Of a stretch of DNA of 32,000 bases, positions 25,337-32,000 are shown in pieces. Both the position numbers and the translations under genes were made by a program. Source of the stretch: Ignicoccus islandicus DSM 13165 (lineage in GTDB: Archaea; Thermoproteota; Thermoprotei_A; Sulfolobales; Ignicoccaceae). The DNA lies in contig NZ_CP006867.1 in assembly GCF_001481685.1 (NCBI RefSeq), positions 930,001-962,000 on the forward strand, in the 5' to 3' direction. Under the pieces are notes generated by a model, which searched no databases, was not told where the DNA came from, and was given only the letters and a program-made list of their open reading frames with translations. Position 1 is the first letter of the stretch, and each line of letters begins with the position of its first letter.

Positions 25337-26440
25337 TCATTGGGCTACCCCGCACGTGTTCCCTATTCCAGCTACCAACACTACGGATTTCTCTGGTAGG
25401 CTCTTTACTTTATCTATTACCCTCTTTACGGCCTCGTCTGCTGCCATTGCTATCTTCTTGGTCATGTCAGTTATTGCCTCTTCATTGGACATTTTTATTA
25501 CTATTGCTTGAAGGGGTATATTATACCGCGTCGCTACCCTCTCTATGGCTATTTTCTCTGGACCTGGATCGCCTATTGCAGCGCCTGCGCCTTCGGCAAT
25601 CGAACCGCTCTCTTCTCCCTCTAACTTTAGGGCAGCATCGACTGTAATTATCAAATCCACTTGTCCCCTCATTCCCTCGATCACCTTCTTGATGGCTTCT
25701 CCCGGGTTCCCAACGGTCGCGCCAGGCCCTTCCGCCTTAACCACAATAACCTTTCTACCTTCTATTTCCACCTCGCCGGCTACGGTGTCCTTGGCAGGAT
25801 GCCACAACCTCTTTTTCCTCTCTAAGAGCTTGTAGGCAACTAAGGGTCCAACTGAATCGCCTATAGGTCTGCAATGCTTGAACGTTTCCCTCGCCTTATC
25901 CAAAGTTTTACTCATCTTCACGATTTGGGGCATTATCATCCAGAGTTGCATTATTAGGAACAAGTTGTTATTCTTTAATGCATACAATAAGTAATGCCTA
26001 ATTACTTTGTAAATCACGTTTAGGCTATTCGCTATTTCTATGAGAACTAGCGCGTTGTGTTTCACGTGCTTAGGTATTTCCTCTACAGCTCCCTCCTCTA
26101 GTTTCCTTTCCCATTCTAATAGACTCGTCCTAAAGATGTGAGCCATCCTCTTGGTGATATCCGTTGGTTCTATGTCTACCGGGTTTATTGTGAAGAACTC
26201 CGTTAGCTCGTTAACTATCTCTTCGGCTCTCTTCACGCCTATCTTTTTCAAGAAGTCGATTGTATCTTTCTTGCTTTTGTCGCTCATCTCCTTTATTTCA
26301 TCCATTTTCGATTTTATGTTTCTAGCCCATATATACATTCTAAACCTTTGATCTGCGCCAGTGAACGCCATTAGCAAGAAGGCCATGAACATTAATTGAG
26401 TTATTATGCTCAGTATGTCGGATGGATTGGATCCTGACAA
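25337..26440 (-). CDS. DUF1512-like archaeal membrane protein
   Basis: 367 aa with an N-terminal TM segment. Conserved-looking C-terminal half (GPGATVGNPGEA, VDLIITVDAALKLEGEESGSIAEGAGAAIGDPGPEKIAIE). Size and lineage fit DUF1512, recalled from memory and not searched. Confidence 0.5.
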   Translation of the reverse strand: MSGSNPSDILSIITQLMFMAFLLMAFTGADQRFRMYIWARNIKSKMDEIKEMSDKSKKDTIDFLKKIGVKRAEEIVNELTEFFTINPVDIEPTDITKRMAHIFRTSLLEWERKLEEGAVEEIPKHVKHNALVLIEIANSLNVIYKVIRHYLLYALKNNNLFLIMQLWMIMPQIVKMSKTLDKARETFKHCRPIGDSVGPLVAYKLLERKKRLWHPAKDTVAGEVEIEGRKVIVVKAEGPGATVGNPGEAIKKVIEGMRGQVDLIITVDAALKLEGEESGSIAEGAGAAIGDPGPEKIAIERVATRYNIPLQAIVIKMSNEEAITDMTKKIAMAADEAVKRVIDKVKSLPEKSVVLVAGIGNTCGVAQ

Positions 26441-26494
26441 CTACCAGACCCACTTTCGTGATGTGTACTCAGTTCATTAAAAATTCGTTACGTT

Positions 26495-26890
26495 TCAGTC
26501 CATCAGACCCCACGGTTTTCCCTTCAATACCTCTTCCGGTAAGACGTCCTTATACTTCTTCAAGAACTTTAAGTCTTCGTCCTTGTTTCTCAACTCGTCT
26601 GGAAGCATGTGGGGTATCTCATCTATTATGGGATACCACCTACCGCACTTGGGACACACCAATACTCCAGTAACTATTTCCTTCGTTAGGCATTCGTCGC
26701 AAGGAGGCTCCTCTTTAAGTTCTTTTAAGAACTTCCTCTTATATCCACAGTAGAGCTCGCAATAGGGCTTTTCCATATTCGGTTTCTTCCTATCCTTGAC
26801 CTCTTTCTCCTCTATAACGTATAACTTCAAGGGAAAACCTTCGTCTTTACAATAGGGGCATGCCAAAACGTCTAAAGTCATGTATAACAT
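26495..26890 (-). CDS. Trm112-like zinc-ribbon protein with internal Cys-rich insertion
   Basis: N-terminal LDVLACPYCK and C-terminal LVCPKCGRWYPIIDEIPHMLPDE match the Trm112/UPF0434 pattern. There is an extra CELYCG...CDEC segment. Confidence 0.6.
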   Translation of the reverse strand: MLYMTLDVLACPYCKDEGFPLKLYVIEEKEVKDRKKPNMEKPYCELYCGYKRKFLKELKEEPPCDECLTKEIVTGVLVCPKCGRWYPIIDEIPHMLPDELRNKDEDLKFLKKYKDVLPEEVLKGKPWGLMD

Positions 26891-26933
26891 TGCCTTCGCT
26901 CCGAAACACCGTTAAGTAAAGGATTATTTTATT

Positions 26934-27971
26934 TTGAATACCGGAGTTGTGGGAAAGGAAGTGAGGGAACTCTGCCCTAAGCGCATGCTTAACGGTCCTT
27001 GCGGCGGAATTAGAGGCGAATTGTGCGAGGTGGACGATTTCCAGTGCCCGTTTTACAAGGCGTTTGAAAACTTGAGGAGCGCTAATTACTTGAAGCCCTT
27101 GCTCGACAAGGGATTTAAGGTAGAATGCGAGCCAGGAGACGTTGAGCTCAGCGGATACGCTAAAATGTTGGAAGAGGGAGGTCCAGTTCTTTCAACTGAG
27201 GTCGAACCGTGGAGCTTAAAGGACGTTCAGTTCTTCGAAACGCTGAAGGACAAGTACCACGCTTTCAACGTAACTGACAACCCGTTCGGGAAACCGCACG
27301 TAAGCTCCGTCGCAGTCTCCATTGAGCTGAAGAGAAGAGGTATGGAAGTGATTGCTCAATTAACTACTAGGTCTCGTACTAGAGAGGCCTTGGCTAGCGA
27401 TCTAATGAGTCTAAACGCGTTTGGCGTCACCAACGTGCTGGCTTTGACTGGGGATTGGGCGCCTCACTCGGTGTTCGACTTGGACGCAGTGAGGTTGGTT
27501 TGCTTGATATCGTTAATGAACAAGGGGCTCTTGTGGGACGGTAGCGAAATAGAGCCTACCACGCTAGTTCCGGGGGTCGCATCCAACCCGTACTTCAAAT
27601 ACGAAAAGGAGAGGCTCTTGAGAAAGGCCCGCGCCGGGGCAGTTTTCGCTCAAACTCAACCGATCTTCACTAGTGAAATAGTAAGGTCGTTGAAGGAATA
27701 TCCTGTAACCACTGTTCCCAGCCTCCTAATTTCAACCTCTAGAAAGGTCGTAAGATCACTGAAAGAGAAGGGAGTGAAGGTACCTAAGGAGTACGAAGAA
27801 GGCTTGATAAAAAGCAAGGCTGAAGGCAAAGCAGATGAGTTCGTTTTGGAATACAACTTGAAGTTGGCTGAAGAGATACTTTCTAAGGAGCTCAAGGGAA
27901 TTCACGTTATGGCACCAGGCAGGTGGGACCTATTGGTAAAATTCGGCAACGCTCTAAGAGAACTCCTTTGA
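26934..27971 (+). CDS. methylenetetrahydrofolate reductase-family protein with N-terminal Cys-rich MetV-type domain
   Basis: The N-terminus CPKRMLNGPCGGIRGELCEVDDFQCPF resembles the MTHFR_C/MetV Cys motif. It is followed by an MTHFR-like barrel (FNVTDNPFG, VIAQLTTRSRT, NVLALTGD, FAQTQPIF). Confidence 0.65.
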   Translation: MNTGVVGKEVRELCPKRMLNGPCGGIRGELCEVDDFQCPFYKAFENLRSANYLKPLLDKGFKVECEPGDVELSGYAKMLEEGGPVLSTEVEPWSLKDVQFFETLKDKYHAFNVTDNPFGKPHVSSVAVSIELKRRGMEVIAQLTTRSRTREALASDLMSLNAFGVTNVLALTGDWAPHSVFDLDAVRLVCLISLMNKGLLWDGSEIEPTTLVPGVASNPYFKYEKERLLRKARAGAVFAQTQPIFTSEIVRSLKEYPVTTVPSLLISTSRKVVRSLKEKGVKVPKEYEEGLIKSKAEGKADEFVLEYNLKLAEEILSKELKGIHVMAPGRWDLLVKFGNALRELL

Positions 27972-29165
27972 ATCTTTAATAATGAAAAGTGCGGAAGCGA
28001 AGTACTGTAACGCAAGGGGTAGCGAGAACGGATTGAGGAAAGAGAACAACGGGGTTAGCAATAGGAGGTACTCCTCCCTCAGCCTTCCTTTCCCAACCCT
28101 TCCCCCCTTGGGCGTAACTTCCCATTTAAACGGCTGATTTAGGAGCGCTCTCAATGAACTCATTATTAGAGATATAGACATAGCTAGCCCCGCTGCAGAC
28201 GCCCTCGAAAGCGACCTAACGTCGTGGTCAACTCCGTTTGCCTCACACGCCTCCTTGACTAAGAGCGATTGCGCAAGGACGGAGAAGTAATAAACGAATA
28301 GGCTTAGCGGGGAGAGACCTAACGGAGACGCGACCAGAGCTAGGAGGGGGAGCCACGTTTGGGCGTACTGGGTAAGGTAAAACGCGAGCTCGATGTCCTT
28401 CCAGTCCTTCACCCTAAGCCTCTTTAGAGACCTAATGGCGCCGTAGTTCCATCTGTTCTGTTGCCTCTTGAGGTCGAAGTAACTGGAAGGTACTTCCACG
28501 GCCACCTTCCCTTCGTTCAAGTCAGCCGTTACGCCGAGTTTAGATAGCTCAACCCCTAGTGCCAAGTCCTCCGTTATCTCCTCTGGCCATTTGACTTTTT
28601 CCAATATCTCGCTCTTGACGCAAACGCCGGATCCCGGTGCCAATACCTTGAGGCCTAGGGCCTTCCTTCCCTTAAGGAGAGTGAGAGAGGCTATATCCGT
28701 GACAACCTTGAGGCTCTTGGACCACTTATTTGGAACGGAGTAGTAACCATTCCATAAGGATGCCGAGTACTCCAAGCATCGGGGCTCGAAGCCTTCTAGG
28801 GGATGGGAATCTGCATCGAACACCACTACGCAATCTGCCGTGGTATACCTCAAGGCCTCGTTTAAGGCTCGAGCTTTCCCGTTTTCGGCCCCTCCAATGA
28901 CTTTTACGTCTTTTAAATCGGCGTACTTACTTATTTCATCGGAACCCACTATCAGTATTACTTCCTTAGGGTTAAGGACGTTCTTAATCTTTTCAATGTT
29001 TTCAATAACCATTTGTTTGTCCTCTCGCAGAGCTGGGACGTGAACGCTCAAGTTCTCGCATTTTGGACCTTTAGAACTAGCGCTCTTCTTTGATCCGAAA
29101 GCGTACATTGCTTGAAGGGCGTGATAGAGGGAGGCTATTAGCAGAAGGACGTCGCTAACGCTCAA
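27954..29165 (-). CDS. family 2 glycosyltransferase, processive type (D,D,D,QxxRW), membrane-integrated
   Basis: Motifs VHVPALREDK, VVFDADSHP, GSGVCVK and QQNRWNYGA, followed by several C-terminal TM helices. Confidence 0.7.
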   Translation of the reverse strand: MSVSDVLLLIASLYHALQAMYAFGSKKSASSKGPKCENLSVHVPALREDKQMVIENIEKIKNVLNPKEVILIVGSDEISKYADLKDVKVIGGAENGKARALNEALRYTTADCVVVFDADSHPLEGFEPRCLEYSASLWNGYYSVPNKWSKSLKVVTDIASLTLLKGRKALGLKVLAPGSGVCVKSEILEKVKWPEEITEDLALGVELSKLGVTADLNEGKVAVEVPSSYFDLKRQQNRWNYGAIRSLKRLRVKDWKDIELAFYLTQYAQTWLPLLALVASPLGLSPLSLFVYYFSVLAQSLLVKEACEANGVDHDVRSLSRASAAGLAMSISLIMSSLRALLNQPFKWEVTPKGGRVGKGRLREEYLLLLTPLFSFLNPFSLPLALQYFASALFIIKDSKEFS

Positions 29166-29254
29166 TTTAGTCTTCCTAAGGGTTACTGCGTTCGGGCATT
29201 AAAGGGAAGGCTTTTAGTAAGGCAAAGACCCTAATGTAAAGATATGGTGGGCTC

Positions 29255-29506
29255 GTGGAGTACCCACCGGCCGCTCTAGCGAGGATCTTACGCAAGAAGT
29301 ACTACGTAGCCAGGCATGCGGACTGGTTAATAGTTATGGACAAGGATTGTAAGGAATACCTAGCGACGGTTTACGTTTACCCGAGGTACCGCGAAGTAGT
29401 AGTTGTCGATAGGGATTCGGTTTACGATGACGTAGTTAAAGCACTGAAGGAGTTAAACCTCGACTTCGAAGTCTCGCGGAGAGAGCCTCAGATCCCTTCC
29501 TTTTGA
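29255..29506 (+). CDS. hypothetical small protein
   Basis: 83-aa ORF with GTG start. Its 3' end overlaps the convergent trpC by 71 nt. No motif recognised. Confidence 0.35.
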   Translation: MEYPPAALARILRKKYYVARHADWLIVMDKDCKEYLATVYVYPRYREVVVVDRDSVYDDVVKALKELNLDFEVSRREPQIPSF

Positions 29507-31043
29507 GTTCCACGCATAGCTCTCGAGGCGCGTTCGATTCCATTAAGGACGTACCTACTAGGGCGCCTCGAAAGCCCCATGAGGCAACCTTCATCGCGTC
29601 TTCAGGGCTCTTCACGCCCGATTCGGCTAACGGAAAGGCCCTCCTTATTAGAAAGCCCCCATCGTGAAGCCTGTTAATGTCTACCTTCAATGTCTTGAAG
29701 TCACGCGAGTTCATTCCGAGCACGTCCACGTAAGGTTTCTTATCATAGATAACTAGGTCCTCTTTGTTACTCACCTCAACCAAGGTCTGAAGGCCTCTGG
29801 CCTTAGCTTTTCTAGCTAAATAAGACAATTCGTCCTCCCCCAGAACGTCTACCATTAACAGAACTGCGTCAGCTCCAAACGCGTAAGCTATATCTATCTG
29901 AAACGGATCGACTACGAAGTCCTTCATCAGTATTGGTTTATCGGTTATAGAAGAGATTAACCTTAGGTTTTCGTACGATCCCTTGAACCACTTAGGTTCG
30001 GTCAGCACTGAGAAGGCACTTGAGCACGGTCTGACCTCGTTAACGTAGTCTATTGGGGCCCACTTGGCCCTAACCCCGCTCGGAGAAGAAGGTTTGAATT
30101 CCGTTATTATTGAGAACGCGTCCTTCTCTAAACTCGCTCTGAAGTCAATTACCCCCTTCTTGTCCCTTTTAGGTAACGCTAAGCTCTTCCTCTCAAATTC
30201 TATTCTATTTAACGTATAGTTGACTATTTCCTCTATCATCTCGATCTCAAGACGTCTTCGGCTTCTTTTAAGGAATTCGCTCAGTACCTTCTGAGCCTTC
30301 TCTTGCGCGTTTTCCTTGGTGGGTCCCGAGGCTAGTACGCACACCCTTACGAAGCTCCTCTCTCCCTCTATACCCGGATGGCTCTTAATGTACACATCGG
30401 GATAGACCTCAGCGAACTTCTTCAGTAGGGGAGCTAATTCGGCCTCCCTCACGTCCTCTAAACGCTCGCATACTTCGACCTTCGCATATAAGTTCTCCTT
30501 CTGCAATTCTTCGGTTACGAACTCATTTAACATGGCTTCCATTTCCCTGGGTACTCCAGGAAGAGAAAATATTTTGCACCTGTTCAATTTGACGTATATT
30601 CCCGGTGCTACGCCTACTTTATTTGGAATCGGTTGGGCCAAGCACGGCAACACGGCCATCTTCCTCCTTACTTCGTCAACTTCCTCTATTTCTTGGCCAT
30701 AGATCTCTCTCAGCTTGTTCCTTACCATTTCCAATGCCTCTTCGTTCAAGCACAAGGGCGATCCTATCGCGTACGCTATGGCCTCGGCCGTTACGTCGTC
30801 GTACGTTGGCCCGAGCCCCCCAGTAGTTATTACGACGCCCGCATCGTAGCAGAGTTCCTTCACTGCTTCGGCTATAGCGTCGATGTCGTCCCTAACCTTC
30901 CTAATTTCTACTACGTCAAAGCCTAAGGTCGTTAGTACTCTAGCGATCTTTTGAGAGTTGGTGTCAGTTATTCTGCCTACGAGTACCTCGTTGCCTATTA
31001 CTAAAATCGCCGCGCTCCATTTCTTAAGGTAAGGGTTCGTCAT
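29436..31043 (-). CDS. trpC: in-frame fusion ORF: CinA-like molybdopterin-binding domain protein (N-terminal) plus indole-3-glycerol-phosphate synthase (C-terminal, from Met269 at 30239)
   Basis: The N-terminal half has AAILVIGNEVLVGRITDTNS, TTGGLGPTYDDVT and LPGVPREM (COG1058/CinA type). The C-terminal half has ITEFKPSSPSG, LMKDFVVDPFQIDIAYAFGADAVLLMV, LVEVSN, GMNSRDFKTL, ESGV and ALVGTSLM (TrpC). Confidence 0.8.
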   Translation of the reverse strand: MTNPYLKKWSAAILVIGNEVLVGRITDTNSQKIARVLTTLGFDVVEIRKVRDDIDAIAEAVKELCYDAGVVITTGGLGPTYDDVTAEAIAYAIGSPLCLNEEALEMVRNKLREIYGQEIEEVDEVRRKMAVLPCLAQPIPNKVGVAPGIYVKLNRCKIFSLPGVPREMEAMLNEFVTEELQKENLYAKVEVCERLEDVREAELAPLLKKFAEVYPDVYIKSHPGIEGERSFVRVCVLASGPTKENAQEKAQKVLSEFLKRSRRRLEIEMIEEIVNYTLNRIEFERKSLALPKRDKKGVIDFRASLEKDAFSIITEFKPSSPSGVRAKWAPIDYVNEVRPCSSAFSVLTEPKWFKGSYENLRLISSITDKPILMKDFVVDPFQIDIAYAFGADAVLLMVDVLGEDELSYLARKAKARGLQTLVEVSNKEDLVIYDKKPYVDVLGMNSRDFKTLKVDINRLHDGGFLIRRAFPLAESGVKSPEDAMKVASWGFRGALVGTSLMESNAPRELCVELKRKGSEALSARLRSRGLTPSVL

Positions 31044-31048
31044 TTGCT

Positions 31049-31849
31049 TTACGACACCTCTAAATCCCCGATTATTTTCTCAGCCACCTTCTTTCCTGAA
31101 GCTAGCATTCCGCCGAAGACGGGCCCCATTCTGGGAAGCCTATAGAAGCTAGCAACGGACATCCCGGCCGCGTATAATCCTTCAAGCACCTTTCCGGTAT
31201 ACTTAACTACGAGCTTCTCGGCCTCGTCTATCCAAGCTCCGTATTCCCTTCCAACCTCGAAGTTCACGTTCGGGAGCTTCTTAGACGCTATCTTCAGTAT
31301 CTCTGCGTCGTGTCCGGTAGCGTCAACGACTGCTTTTGCTTTGAAGAATATCGGATCAACGTGGAGACCGGATAGGTAAATAGGCGACCATAGAGCTACT
31401 ACTCCCTTTACCTTGGTCACACCTTCTTCTATTCTGTATATTAGGTCCTCGACGTGCATTCCGAGAACTATCTTCGCTCCAGCCGAAACGGAGGCGTTGC
31501 TTAGCTTCGCTACTAACGCGGCGGCATCGGTTGTGTACAAATTATCATCAACTTTCTTTAAGGGAACACCGAGCTCTTCGGCTATTTCCTTAGGATTGTA
31601 GCCCTCTAACTCCACGTCCTCTACCACTACCTTATGGAAGAGGCTTCCTCCTCCAGAGATACCGCCTCCTAAGCTAACCCTCCTTTCTAGTATTAGGACC
31701 TTAAGACCGGCTTTCGCAAGGTAATGGGAAGCCGTGAGTCCGGCCGGACCTGCTCCAACTATTACTACGTCAACGCCCTTCGCCATTTGGGATAGTTCCT
31801 TTGAGCTTTCCTCTATTATTATTGAGGTGACCTTACCCTCATCTATCAT
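31049..31849 (-). CDS. thi4: thiamine thiazole synthase Thi4 family
   Basis: Motifs DVVIVGAGPAGLTASHYLAKAGLKVLILERRVSLGGG, VVDATGHDA and GMSVA. Confidence 0.85.
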   Translation of the reverse strand: MIDEGKVTSIIIEESSKELSQMAKGVDVVIVGAGPAGLTASHYLAKAGLKVLILERRVSLGGGISGGGSLFHKVVVEDVELEGYNPKEIAEELGVPLKKVDDNLYTTDAAALVAKLSNASVSAGAKIVLGMHVEDLIYRIEEGVTKVKGVVALWSPIYLSGLHVDPIFFKAKAVVDATGHDAEILKIASKKLPNVNFEVGREYGAWIDEAEKLVVKYTGKVLEGLYAAGMSVASFYRLPRMGPVFGGMLASGKKVAEKIIGDLEVS

Positions 31850-32000
31850 AATAAAGCTACCTAAAGTAATTCACTCTGTGAAAGGTAAATGAAGATTAGT
31901 TAGCGCAAAAACACCTATTTGAAGGCGGAATAATTAGAACTACTAACGCTTGCCTTAGAGTTCAACCTTTCGCTCGACGCGATGGAAGGTGTTCCTTCCA

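Noticed and set aside
25300-26351. Plus-strand ORFs 25300..25647, 25545..25835 and 26151..26351
   Set aside because: Leu/Ser/Pro-rich antisense translations of the DUF1512-like gene.
31850-32000. TPP riboswitch upstream of thi4; fluoride riboswitch upstream of crcB (8583-8588)
   Set aside because: No TPP-motif strings in the thi4 upstream region. crcB follows the preceding gene by only 6 nt, which leaves no room for a riboswitch.

Overview
Chromosomal segment of a hyperthermophile-type archaeon. Crenarchaeal/Thermoproteota signatures include a PaREP1-family gene, a 26-nt CRISPR repeat ending in GAAAG, Thi4, an MTAP with a C-terminal Cys cluster, TATA-box promoters and tightly packed genes with overlapping convergent ends. 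Most of the window is ordinary housekeeping: an ABC permease, RNase HII, HisRS, PCMT, a GatA-type amidase, CrcB, an SQR-like flavoprotein with DUF1641, a prepilin-type peptidase, MTAP, a class II aldolase, a 2-hydroxyacid dehydrogenase, HisB, TrpE, an MTHFR-family protein, a GT2 glycosyltransferase, TrpC, Thi4, and three intact tRNAs (Ala-CGC, Arg-CCG, Val-GAC), all with encoded CCA. The non-ordinary part is an accessory stretch at about 9.0-13.6 kb. It holds a 20-repeat CRISPR array with an AT-rich leader but no adjacent cas genes. After the array comes a graveyard of decayed vapBC-like genes and tRNA 3' fragments, one intact UPF0175/DUF3368(PIN) toxin-antitoxin pair, and an orphan ORF with a RAMP-like motif, all ending at tRNA-Arg. 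A solitary cas6-like gene sits about 11 kb away among amino-acid biosynthesis genes. Further oddities: a T-arm-less tRNA-Gln-like element with its own TATA box; a GC-rich three-way-junction RNA candidate upstream of rnhB; a PaREP1 gene broken at a G homopolymer; an in-frame CinA-TrpC fusion that a single-base indel could explain; and an uncharacterised Pol-beta-type nucleotidyltransferase. I did not find one clear-cut novel multi-gene system. The best candidates are the orphan array plus solo cas6, and the two RNA-like elements at 2.8-3.0 kb. All functional calls come from motif recognition by eye; no database search or folding program was run.
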